Shown: piece after piece, positions 1 to 10,867 of the stretch
Layout of the letters: each line of letters opens with the position of its first letter
Numbering within the stretch: the first letter of the stretch is position 1
Assembly: GCA_030840645.1 (NCBI GenBank)
Contig: JAVEEC010000020.1
Span: forward strand, 173-64,172
Reading direction: 5' to 3'
DNA length: 64,000 nucleotides
Source: Frankiaceae bacterium
GTDB taxonomy: Bacteria > Actinomycetota > Actinomycetes > BP-191
Made by a program: the position numbers and the translations under genes
The notes under the pieces: generated by a model
Told to the model about the DNA's origin: nothing
Databases searched by the model: none
What the model saw: the letters and a program-made list of their open reading frames with translations, nothing else

Positions 1-54
1 GCGGTCCGGGCGGCGGGCGGCAGGAGGCACGCCGCGCGTGGCGTATCTGGAGTC

Positions 55-1476
55 ATGCGCCGACTGCTGCTCCTCACGACAGTTCTCGCCCTGGCGGTTC
101 CGGTGGCGGGCTCCGCGGCCCCGCCCGCCGGGCTGGCCGCGAGCCCGAACCTCAAGCCGGTCGCGCACCTCCAGTGGCGGGGCGGCACCGACCTCGAGCT
201 GGTGCGCATCAAGGGGCGCCGCTACGTCGTCGCCGGCGCGCAGAACAACTACAACGCCACCAACTCGGCCGGCCTGCGGATCGTCGACGTCACGACCCCG
301 ACCAAGCCGAAGGTCACCGGCTTCCTCTCCTGCAACGCGTCGCAGAACGACGTCCAGGTGCAGGGCACCCGCGCGTACCTCGCCGTCGACTTCAACGCCA
401 AGACCGACATCGACGACCGCTCCGACTGCTGGTCGCAGATCGGTCCCGACCAGCCGCCGAAGACCGGCGTCGTCATCGTCGACATCGCCAACCCGGCGAA
501 GCCGCGCGCGATCGGCTTCCTGCCGCTGGCGACCGGTGCGCACAACACGACAGTCCACCCGACCAAGCCGATCCTCTACGTCAGCGAGTCCGAGTCGCTC
601 AACCCGGACCAGACGCCGAAGCAGATGCCTGTCTACGTCGTCGATGTCGCGAACCCGAAGAAGCCGCGGATCGTCACGACGTTCCCGCTCGGCCCGGGCG
701 ACAGCGCACACGACATCACGTTCAACGCGAAGGGCACCCGCGCGTACGTCGCCGCCGGCTTCGGCGGCGTTGCCGCGATCCTCGACACGACCAAGCCGAC
801 CGAGCCCCGGCTGATCAGCCGGATCGTCGACCCGGCCATCAACTTCTCGCACCAGGCCGACCCGACGCCCGACGGCAAGTACCTGCTCGTCACCGACGAG
901 CTCGCCGGCGCGGAGGGCAACTCGTACTGCCCCGGCGGCGGCATCCACGTCTGGGACATCTCGAACGAAGCCGCCCCGGTCAAGGTCGGGGCGTACTTCA
1001 TCCCCGACTCGTTCCCGAGCGCCGACCCGGGCCCGCGCCCGAACATCGTCGGCAAGGGACCCACGGTGTTCCGCTGCACCGCGCACGTCATGCGGATCGC
1101 GCCGGACGGCAAGACGCTCGCGATGGCGTGGTACTCGCAGGGCGTGCAGATCCTCGACCTGTCCGGCCTGCCCGGCGCGTCGGTCGGCGTCACCGGCAAG
1201 GACGCGGGCACCGGCATCAAGCGGCTCGGCAACTGGACGGCTAACGGCGTCGACGCGTGGAGCGCGAAGATGGACGACCGGGGCTACGTCTTCACCGGCG
1301 ACACCGGCCGCGGCATGGACATCGTGAAGTACAACCGCAAGGCCGCGGCGTCGCCGAACCCCGGCGTCTGGCTGACGCCGTCGCAGGCGCTGTTCCGCGC
1401 GCTGCGCGACCACGCGCGGCAGACCACGGGCCGTACCTACTTCTGCTTCGAGCGGGCCACCCGGCTCGGCCTCTAG
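55..1476 (+). CDS. Secreted LVIVD-repeat beta-propeller protein
   Basis: 473-aa ORF with Sec signal peptide MRRLLLLTTVLALAVPVAGSAA. Recurring LVIVD-type strands: LRIVDVTTPTKPK, VVIVDIANPAKPR, VYVVDVANPKKPR, AAILDTTKPTEPR, IHVWDISNEAAP. Confidence 0.8.
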   Translation: MRRLLLLTTVLALAVPVAGSAAPPAGLAASPNLKPVAHLQWRGGTDLELVRIKGRRYVVAGAQNNYNATNSAGLRIVDVTTPTKPKVTGFLSCNASQNDVQVQGTRAYLAVDFNAKTDIDDRSDCWSQIGPDQPPKTGVVIVDIANPAKPRAIGFLPLATGAHNTTVHPTKPILYVSESESLNPDQTPKQMPVYVVDVANPKKPRIVTTFPLGPGDSAHDITFNAKGTRAYVAAGFGGVAAILDTTKPTEPRLISRIVDPAINFSHQADPTPDGKYLLVTDELAGAEGNSYCPGGGIHVWDISNEAAPVKVGAYFIPDSFPSADPGPRPNIVGKGPTVFRCTAHVMRIAPDGKTLAMAWYSQGVQILDLSGLPGASVGVTGKDAGTGIKRLGNWTANGVDAWSAKMDDRGYVFTGDTGRGMDIVKYNRKAAASPNPGVWLTPSQALFRALRDHARQTTGRTYFCFERATRLGL

Positions 1477-1490
1477 CCTCAGGAGAACTG

Positions 1491-1718
1491 ATGCGCCGCA
1501 CCCTGCTCGCCGCCGCCGCGTTCGCCGCGGTGGCCCTCCCGATCGCCGCGCAGGCGGCGCCCGAGTACCCGGTGGTGCTCGTCGCCGAGCCGGGCTCCTG
1601 CCCGCCAGGGTACCGGGACCGCGGCTACGTCGGCCCGCCCGGGGCGCGCTGGCGGATCTGCGACCACGGCCCGTACGAGTGCCCGCCGCCGGCCTGCGCC
1701 GTCGCCGTCCTGCCCTAG
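1491..1718 (+). CDS. Small secreted 4-Cys protein (75-aa precursor)
   Basis: ATG 1491 is preceded by AGGAGA (1481-1486), 14 nt after the LVIVD gene stop. Signal peptide MRRTLLAAAAFAAVALPIAAQAA, then a ~52-aa Pro/Gly-rich mature part with 4 Cys. The upstream part of the 1257..1718 ORF overlaps the LVIVD gene and looks non-coding. Confidence 0.55.
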   Translation: MRRTLLAAAAFAAVALPIAAQAAPEYPVVLVAEPGSCPPGYRDRGYVGPPGARWRICDHGPYECPPPACAVAVLP

Positions 1719-1728
1719 CGCACGCGTC

Positions 1729-2886
1729 CTAGAGGTTGGTGAACAACAGGTCGTTGTTGGCGTAGGTCACGCCGGTTACGACGTTCTGCGTCACCAGGCT
1801 CGCCAGCGCCGCCGAGACGTCCAGCGGCGTCGCCAGCGGGTGAGTCTGCAGGTACTGCGCCGCAACGCCCGCGACGTGCGGGCTGGCCATCGACGTGCCG
1901 CTCATGGTCGCCGTCGCCGTGTCGCTGGCGTTGCCCGCGGACAGGATGCTCACGCCGGGGGCGTACCAGTCGACGCAGACGCCCCAGTTCGAGAACGACG
2001 CCGCGCGGTCCGCCGAGTCGGACGCGCCGACCGTCATCGCCTCGGGCGTCGCCGCGGGGGACGACGTGCAGGCGTCGCGGTTGTCGTTGCCGGCCGCGAC
2101 CGCGTACGCCACCCGCCCGGCCACGATCGAGCCGCGGACCGCGAGGTCGAGCGCCGCGAACTGGCCGCCGCCGAGGCTCATGTTCGCGACCGCCGGCGTG
2201 GCGGCGTTCAGCGTCATGTGGTCGGCGGTGACCCAGTCGACGGCCGCGATGACGTTGGTGACCGGCGCGCTGCCCGCGCAGTCGAGGACCCGGACGCCGA
2301 CCAGCGTGACGCCCTTGGCGACGCCGTACGTCGAGCCGCCGATGGTGCCCGCGACGTGGGTGCCGTGGCCGTGGCAGTCGACGCCGCCGTTCGGGGTCGC
2401 CGACAGGTCGGCGCCGAACACCGCGCGGCCGCCGAACTGGCTGTGCGAGTAGCGGATGCCGGTGTCGATGACGTACGCGCGAACGCCCGCGCCGTCGGCC
2501 GACCAGGTGTACGAGCCGGACGCCGGCAGCGCGCGCTGGTCGATCCGGTCGAGGCCCCATGGCGGGCTCGGCTGCGAGCCGTTCAACGAGAGGGTGCCGC
2601 TGCGCTCGACCAGCGTGACGGCCGGGTCGCGGCGGACCGCGGCGAGCGCCGGGTCGCTGAACGTCGCGGCGTAGCCGTGCAGCGCGTACCGGTAGACGAA
2701 CGACACGTGGGCGCCGAGCGCGCGGGCGGCGTCGGCGGCGGAGTCCGGCGAGACGCCGGCGCGGAGGACGACGACGTACTCGCCGGCCGTACCGGCGCCG
2801 GCGGGTGACGCGGGCGCGGCGCCGACGAGGAGTGCGAGGGCCGAGCCGACGAGGGCGGCGCGGGAGAGGAGGTGACGGGGGCGCAT
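1729..2886 (-). CDS. Secreted S8 subtilisin/proteinase-K-like serine peptidase with I9-type propeptide
   Basis: Catalytic motifs VIDTGI (Asp), HGHGTHVAGT (His) and SGTSMASPHVAG (Ser). Signal peptide MRPRHLLSRAALVGSALALLVGAAPA, then a propeptide (EYVVVLRAG...). Start placed at ATG 2886; the ORF-track start 2952 adds 22 non-signal residues. Confidence 0.9.
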   Translation of the reverse strand: MRPRHLLSRAALVGSALALLVGAAPASPAGAGTAGEYVVVLRAGVSPDSAADAARALGAHVSFVYRYALHGYAATFSDPALAAVRRDPAVTLVERSGTLSLNGSQPSPPWGLDRIDQRALPASGSYTWSADGAGVRAYVIDTGIRYSHSQFGGRAVFGADLSATPNGGVDCHGHGTHVAGTIGGSTYGVAKGVTLVGVRVLDCAGSAPVTNVIAAVDWVTADHMTLNAATPAVANMSLGGGQFAALDLAVRGSIVAGRVAYAVAAGNDNRDACTSSPAATPEAMTVGASDSADRAASFSNWGVCVDWYAPGVSILSAGNASDTATATMSGTSMASPHVAGVAAQYLQTHPLATPLDVSAALASLVTQNVVTGVTYANNDLLFTNL

Positions 2887-2948
2887 GCGGGTGCTCCTTG
2901 GTAGGGGTGGGGGGCACGAGATCCGGTGGTTCCCTGCGGGAAAGGGTG

Positions 2949-3884
2949 TCACACCCAGCGGCGGGGCGAGCCGGTCGCGCGGCCGAGCCGTACCGCCAGG
3001 CCCGCCGCGGCCTCCAGGACGCAGAGCGCGGCAAGCCGGACGGTCCGCTCGTCGGGGTCGTTCGTCGCGTCGACCTCGGTCACGTCGACGCCGCGCACGC
3101 GCGGGTCGCTGCCCGCGAGGTACGCGGCGGCCAGCAGCTCGTCCGCGCTCAGTCCCCCCGGCAGGCTGGCCGGGCAGCCCGGCGCGACCGCCCGGTCGCA
3201 GACGTCGACGTCCAGGTCGACGAGGACCGGCCCGCCGCCCGCGCCCGCGATGTCGAGCGCGCGGCGTACCGCGTCCTCGATCCCGCGCTCGGCGACGGAC
3301 CGGCGGTACGTCACGGTGATCCCGCGCGCGTGCGCCTCCTCGGCGTAGGAACGGCTGTTCGCCCAGTCCGCGATCCCCACCTGGACGACGTGCTCGCCGG
3401 GCAGGCCCGCGTCCAGCAGGCGGCGCACGGGGGAGCCGTTGCTCCGCCCCTCGCGGATGTCGTGGTGCGCGTCGAGCGTGACCAGCCCGGCCCGGCTCAG
3501 GTCACCCAGGACGCCGACGCCGAACGGCGCCGTCAGCGCGTTGTCACCGCCGATCGCGACGACGAGCGGGGCCCGGCGCGCCGCGCTCGCCGCCGCGGTG
3601 CTGACGCGCCACTCCCCCTCGTCGCCGAGGTCGGGGTCGTCGACGTTGCCGAGGTCCAGCGGCGCCAGGTCGGCCAGGTCCACGCCCCGGCTCGGGCACC
3701 ACGTGGAGAGGCGACCGAGGACGCGGCGGACGGCGTTCGGAGTGGAGTGGGCGCCGCTGCCGCTGATCGAGGTGGCGTACGTCGGCACGCCGAGCACGGC
3801 GAGGTCCGGCTCGCGGCTGCCAGGCCCTGCCGCCAGCCAGGCGGCGGCGCGCGGCCACCGCGGGTCCTCCGGTCGTTGCGCCAC
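2949..3884 (-). CDS. Arginase/ureohydrolase family protein (agmatinase or formimidoylglutamase-like)
   Basis: Family metal-binding motifs in order: GGDNALT, LDAHHD, DLDVDVCD. GTG start at 3884. 311 aa. Confidence 0.8.
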   Translation of the reverse strand: MAQRPEDPRWPRAAAWLAAGPGSREPDLAVLGVPTYATSISGSGAHSTPNAVRRVLGRLSTWCPSRGVDLADLAPLDLGNVDDPDLGDEGEWRVSTAAASAARRAPLVVAIGGDNALTAPFGVGVLGDLSRAGLVTLDAHHDIREGRSNGSPVRRLLDAGLPGEHVVQVGIADWANSRSYAEEAHARGITVTYRRSVAERGIEDAVRRALDIAGAGGGPVLVDLDVDVCDRAVAPGCPASLPGGLSADELLAAAYLAGSDPRVRGVDVTEVDATNDPDERTVRLAALCVLEAAAGLAVRLGRATGSPRRWV

Positions 3885-3944
3885 GAGGCATCCAACCGCG
3901 TTTGAGGCGCGGCGGCGCGGACGCTACAGTTGCGCCTCGCACGT

Positions 3945-4020
3945 GCGGACGTGGCTCAGCTGGTAGAGCATCACCTTGCCAAGGTGAGGGTCGCGGGTTC
4001 GAATCCCGTCGTCCGCTCCA
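3945..4020 (+). tRNA. tRNA-Gly (anticodon GCC), CCA encoded
   Basis: Cloverleaf read by hand: acceptor GCGGACG/CGTCCGC, D arm GCTC-AGCTGGTA-GAGC, anticodon arm TCACC-TTGCCAA-GGTGA, T arm GCGGG-TTCGAAT-CCCGT, discriminator T, then CCA. Confidence 0.9.
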
Positions 4021-4097
4021 GACTATTGACGTCATCCCCCCTTAAAGTGGACATTGTTCGCTGGCGAAGACTGTACGAGTTCTGAACGGGGGACGCG

Positions 4098-5081
4098 GTG
4101 ACCGCGACAGCGGGTACTCGAAAGGCTCGTCCGGGCAGACGTATCGCCCAGGCAGCGTTCGGCTGCACTCTCGCCCTGGTCGGCGCCACCATCACCGCTA
4201 CGTCCACCTACGCGGCGCCATCTGCCGTCGCCTATCGCATACCCGGCACGAATGTCGTCTGCTCGGGGGGCGACGTCTCCGCCCCGACGCTCGGCGCCCG
4301 CAAGGCTGCCGACGACCCGGCCGGCTGGGCTTCGGCGTCGGCCACCGAGCGCGACCTGCTGAACCACACCTACTCCGGTACGACCTGCCGGTCGGCGTGG
4401 TCGCGGGTCATCGGGCTGCTGCCGCCGCTCGTGACCGCGCTCGGCCCGCGGCTCGATCCGCTCCTCGTGCCCGCAGCGCAACCGTCCGACCCGATGAACT
4501 GCTGGAGCCCGTCCGACTTCCCTGCGTCGTACAAGAACTGCAACACCACCGGTACCGCGCAGTTCGGTGAGTGCCCGCCGACCCCGGGGCTCGGCACGCT
4601 CGACCATCCCGGCTGCCTCACGATGTACACCGAGATGGACTCGACGCTCTACCCCGACGACCATTACAAGTTCGACGGCATAGAGCAGCTCGAGGCGGAC
4701 ATCTACCTGCCGAACGACACAGGCGTCTGGACGCCCAACGCCGCTGTGCTGAACGACAACCATGGCAACCACGCAACGAGCCTGGTTCAGGACCCGTTCT
4801 ACACGTTCAACTACGGCAACCATCGCGGCTACGGCACGACGATCCATGGCAGCATGGACTACCGGTTCTTCAAGGCGCCCAAGAAAATCGGCCTCCAGGA
4901 CATGCTCGAGGCCGTCGCCGGATGGGGCGAGTTGTTCACCGAGCGCGTGCATCTGGCCTACCAGGCCACTCTGCACCAGGACTGCCCCTGCGGTACCGCG
5001 GCGGACGAGAGCTTCTGCCTCTTCTCCGACTGGGCGGCGAACGACACGCTGCTCCAGGTCGACCGGTGCGTGAACCCGTAG
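4098..5081 (+). CDS. Secreted Cys-rich hypothetical protein
   Basis: 327-aa ORF with a GTG start. N-terminal basic region plus hydrophobic stretch (RRIAQAAFGCTLALVGATITATSTYAAPS). About 11 Cys. No family recognised. Codon usage is less GC3-biased than the surroundings. Confidence 0.6.
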   Translation: MTATAGTRKARPGRRIAQAAFGCTLALVGATITATSTYAAPSAVAYRIPGTNVVCSGGDVSAPTLGARKAADDPAGWASASATERDLLNHTYSGTTCRSAWSRVIGLLPPLVTALGPRLDPLLVPAAQPSDPMNCWSPSDFPASYKNCNTTGTAQFGECPPTPGLGTLDHPGCLTMYTEMDSTLYPDDHYKFDGIEQLEADIYLPNDTGVWTPNAAVLNDNHGNHATSLVQDPFYTFNYGNHRGYGTTIHGSMDYRFFKAPKKIGLQDMLEAVAGWGELFTERVHLAYQATLHQDCPCGTAADESFCLFSDWAANDTLLQVDRCVNP

Positions 5082-5449
5082 TGGGCGACGAGCTGATCGG
5101 CCACGAGACCCTGGCGGCGCCCACCGAGCGAGGGTGGTTCCGCCGCCCCTTCCTGGTCTGCATCGTCGCGTTCCTCGGACTCTGGACCGAGCAGATCACC
5201 CGCGCGCCACTCGTATTGCAAGCGGTCACGGCGGTCGCGGTCGTGCTCGGCCTGCTCGTGGTGATCGTCCATACCGCCGTACGGACTCCACGCGACCACT
5301 CCCGGAGGTTCTGGCTGTTCTTCGTCGCGGTCGTGTACAGCGTGCCGTTGACCGTCGGCCTCGCGGGTCTGTTGCTGCGGTCGACGCCCCGTCCGACGTT
5401 ACCGACACCCGCGCCCGCCAGCCCCATCCTGCCCGGGCGAACGCCATGA
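5081..5449 (+). CDS. Small integral membrane protein (3 predicted TM helices)
   Basis: GTG 5081 overlaps the previous TAG by 1 nt. Hydrophobic segments FLVCIVAFLGLW, VTAVAVVLGLLVVIV and LFFVAVVYSVPLTVGLAGLLL. The upstream part of ORF 4571..5449 overlaps the previous gene. Confidence 0.5.
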   Translation: MGDELIGHETLAAPTERGWFRRPFLVCIVAFLGLWTEQITRAPLVLQAVTAVAVVLGLLVVIVHTAVRTPRDHSRRFWLFFVAVVYSVPLTVGLAGLLLRSTPRPTLPTPAPASPILPGRTP

Positions 5450-6315
5450 CCACCGGCCGACTCCGGCGTTACGCGGCCCTCGCGGCCGTCGCCTGCGTGC
5501 TCGCCAGTGCGCCGGCGGTCGCCACGAGCGCGCCGCACGGGCTGCTCGTACTCTCCGGGAGCCGCAGCGCGCACCAGGACGTGACCTTCGCGAGCCGCAT
5601 GACGTTCGACGCCGCGGGCGAGGGCATCCGCTACGACACGCACGGCTCGTACGCGGGCTTCTACCTCGAACCGCTGACCGGGGACCGGGCGGACGGTGTC
5701 GGCCAGGTTCGCCCGGCGGCGTTCGGCGAGGCGGGGTTCCCGAGCCTCGGGCTCCCCCTGGGTAGGCGACAGGTCGGCGCGCTGCTCACGTCCCCGGTCA
5801 CCGTGCCGGCCGGCCGCTACCGGGTTCACCTGATCGCGGACGGAGCCACGGTCGTCACGGTGCCGGTCGTCGGGATCGCGGGGAAGCGCGTCGTCCGGCC
5901 GACCACGCCGACGACGGTGAGCGTGCGGGTGTCGGACGTCACGCCGCGACCCGGCGGGGTCGGCAACGTGCCCGGCTTCGCGTCGTTCACCGGCGCGGTC
6001 TCCGTCGGGTCACGCACGATCGCGATCTCCGCGATCCACGTCCTGCGCGAGGGCACGACGGCGGCCGCGCAGGCCGTCTACACCGGGTGCATCGAGGCCG
6101 ACCCCGTGCCGGTGTGCCGGTCGAACGGCGATACGTACTTTGACTCCACCGGCCACTACCCGAGCAACTCGACGGCGTTCACCGAGTCGGTGTGCTCGGC
6201 CGCGTACTACTTTCCCGGCGACGCACCACCGGGCATCGACACCGCCCAGGCTTCCGTCACCACACCCTCCACCCTCCGCTCGGTGATTGGGCTGGCGTTC
6301 GCTATCGGGCTCTGA
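5446..6315 (+). CDS. Secreted hypothetical protein
   Basis: ATG 5446 overlaps the previous stop (ATGA). Signal peptide MTTGRLRRYAALAAVACVLASAPAVATSA. 289 aa. No family recognised. Confidence 0.6.
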   Translation: MTTGRLRRYAALAAVACVLASAPAVATSAPHGLLVLSGSRSAHQDVTFASRMTFDAAGEGIRYDTHGSYAGFYLEPLTGDRADGVGQVRPAAFGEAGFPSLGLPLGRRQVGALLTSPVTVPAGRYRVHLIADGATVVTVPVVGIAGKRVVRPTTPTTVSVRVSDVTPRPGGVGNVPGFASFTGAVSVGSRTIAISAIHVLREGTTAAAQAVYTGCIEADPVPVCRSNGDTYFDSTGHYPSNSTAFTESVCSAAYYFPGDAPPGIDTAQASVTTPSTLRSVIGLAFAIGL

Positions 6316-6334
6316 CGTAGACACGGAGGAACGC

Positions 6335-6956
6335 ATGTCCGCACGCCGCCGCCACATCCGCGCTCGCAGGACTGGCGCTGCTCGCCGGCGCGTTCGCGCC
6401 GTCAGCCCACGCGGAGACTCCGCTCGACACCTGGGAGACGTCGTTCGACTCGCCCACCGAGATCGTCGTACCCGACAGCGACCTCGCGGTCCTGTTCAGC
6501 GGCTCCGTCGACGTGTTCGCGCTCGTCCCGTACCTCCAGATCACCGCTGCGAAGAAGTGCGCCTACACCATCACCGCGCGCAGCAAGATCGCCCGTACCG
6601 GCGGATCGACGATCACGGAGTCGATCTCGATGACAGTCACCTACAACTGCGGGTCGTTCGCCGCGAACGTCACCGTGCGCGACGAGCTGCCACAGGGTCT
6701 CGAGTCGGTGTCCGCCACGAAGTCGCTCTCGGGCTCGGGCACGCTCAAGCCCGCGACCAGCCAGACCGTGACGTACTTCACGGCCGGCGTCGCACCGACC
6801 CGGCCGAGCACGACCGTGCACTTCGTCTACCGGGTCGGACGGACGGCGAGCAACTACACGTTCTGCTTCGACCACACGTACGCGATCGCGCTCGGCGGGC
6901 CGCCGACCGACAACGGCGTTCGGCCGATGACGCACGCGCAGTGCAACAGCGGCTGA
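6335..6956 (+). pseudogene. DUF11-like secreted protein with an apparent 1-nt frameshift inside the signal peptide
   Basis: GGAGGA (6325-6330) plus ATG 6335 opens frame 2 (MSARRRHI...), which becomes Arg-rich nonsense. The protein-like frame (..ALAGLALLAGAFAPSAHA/ETPLDTWETS...VTVRDELPQGLESVSAT...) is frame 0 and has no ATG/GTG/TTG before 6513. Skipping one nt near 6357 restores a textbook signal peptide. Confidence 0.45.
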
Positions 6957-7043
6957 TCTCAGCGTTCGGTCAGACCGGCGCGGAGATCACGAGCCGGCGT
7001 CGGTGACCGGCCCGACGGGACCGGCCACCGACACCACCGTCGA

Positions 7044-9717
<2,674 letters not shown>

Positions 9718-9738
9718 GCCCGGACCCTAGCGCCAATT

Positions 9739-9753
9739 CTGGAGTGAGTCCAG
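9739..9753. promoter_or_regulatory. Palindrome CTGGA-N5-TCCAG upstream of furA (candidate FurA operator)
   Basis: ctggagtgagtccag lies 22 nt upstream of the furA ATG, inside an otherwise GC-rich spacer next to the AT-richer string aattct. The only support is symmetry and position. Confidence 0.25.
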
Positions 9754-9841
9754 ATCGGGCCGACCCCCCTGGTGAGGACCGGACATTCGCGGCATCCTGC
9801 TCCCGCCCGGCCCGGGCACCCGCCGAACACTGGAGGCCCCC

Positions 9842-10591
9842 ATGTTCCGTCTCCGTTCTCTCGCCCTGGTCGCCGCGGGGCTGCTGGCCGTGACCGCCGC
9901 ACCGGGCGGTGCGGCACCCGCGACGTCCGTCGACGTGTTCACGGGCATCCGTCCCGGGGCCCTCATGGTGTCGCCGAGTCAGTGCACGATGGGCTTCGTA
10001 TTCCAGACCACCGAGGGCGCCTTCGATCCGGCCCAGCAGCTCTACATCGGGACCGCGGCACACTGCGTCGGCTCCGTCGGCCAGCACGTGTCGCTACGGG
10101 TGATCAGCCCGACCGACGGCCTCCCGGTGACCGTCGACATCGGCACGGTCGCCGTCCTCGGCGGCGGCGCGTTCACCGACGACTTCGCTCTCGTCGCGAT
10201 CGACCCGGCGCTCAGCTCGTGGGTCAGTCCGTCCGTGGCGCACTGGGGTGGTCCGACCGGCGCCGACCTCACGTCAGGACCCGGCACCGGGATCACGTTC
10301 ACCGGCCACGGCCTCGACGTCACGACAGGACCCGGCTACCCCCGGGCCGGGGTGCTCGGGTTCCGTGCCCCGGGGTACGTCAAGTGGTTCGGAGCCACGT
10401 TGGGCGGCGACTCCGGTGGCCCGGTGACCACCGCGGCCGGCCTGGCTGTCGCCGGGCACAAGGGCCTGGTCGTCAACACCGACGGCATGGCGGTGGGCGT
10501 CAGCATCCAGTCCATGCTCACGATCGGCGGCAAGCCGCTGTCGACCTGCCCCTCCCGGACCCCGTGGCCGCTGCCTGGCTGCCCGGGCTAG
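9842..10591 (+). CDS. Secreted S1 (chymotrypsin/alpha-lytic-like) serine protease
   Basis: GGAGG sits 5 nt before ATG 9842. Signal peptide MFRLRSLALVAAGLLAVTAAPGGAA. Catalytic triad context TAAHC (His), DDFALV (Asp), GDSGGP (Ser). Confidence 0.85.
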   Translation: MFRLRSLALVAAGLLAVTAAPGGAAPATSVDVFTGIRPGALMVSPSQCTMGFVFQTTEGAFDPAQQLYIGTAAHCVGSVGQHVSLRVISPTDGLPVTVDIGTVAVLGGGAFTDDFALVAIDPALSSWVSPSVAHWGGPTGADLTSGPGTGITFTGHGLDVTTGPGYPRAGVLGFRAPGYVKWFGATLGGDSGGPVTTAAGLAVAGHKGLVVNTDGMAVGVSIQSMLTIGGKPLSTCPSRTPWPLPGCPG

Positions 10592-10593
10592 CC

Positions 10594-10646
10594 GCGTTCT
10601 GTGCAGGAATCCCGCCCCTCTCGAGCGTGGTGATCTTCACAGAACG
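10594..10646 (+). repeat. Copy 1 of a 53-nt inverted-repeat element (CGTTCTGTG-N34-CACAGAACG)
   Basis: 46/53 identical to 21438..21490, in the same orientation. 9-bp perfect terminal inverted repeat. Starts 3 nt after the S1 protease stop. Confidence 0.7.
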
Positions 10647-10663
10647 AGTCGGGCGGGTCGCTG

Positions 10664-10867
10664 CTAGACCGGGGAGCAGATCACGACCCAGGGGCCGGTG
10701 TCGGTGAAGCCGTTGTTGAACACCGTGCGGGTGCCGGCCGGGCAGGTGAACGTCTGGCAGCGGCTGTCGAGCGAGATGCAGGTCAGGGCCACACCGGCCG
10801 CCGTGGCCGGGGCCGCGGTGACGGCCGCGAGGGCGAGGCCGGCGGCGAGAGCGAGTACGCGCAGCAT
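10664..10867 (-). CDS. Small secreted 4-Cys peptide (67-aa precursor, ~43-aa mature)
   Basis: ATG 10867 with GGAGGA 3 nt upstream. Signal peptide MLRVLALAAGLALAAVTAAPATAA, then GVALTCISLDSRCQTFTCPAGTRTVFNNGFTDTGPWVVICSPV. Its 5' 85 nt overlap the tail of the adhesin gene in another frame. Confidence 0.55.
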   Translation of the reverse strand: MLRVLALAAGLALAAVTAAPATAAGVALTCISLDSRCQTFTCPAGTRTVFNNGFTDTGPWVVICSPV

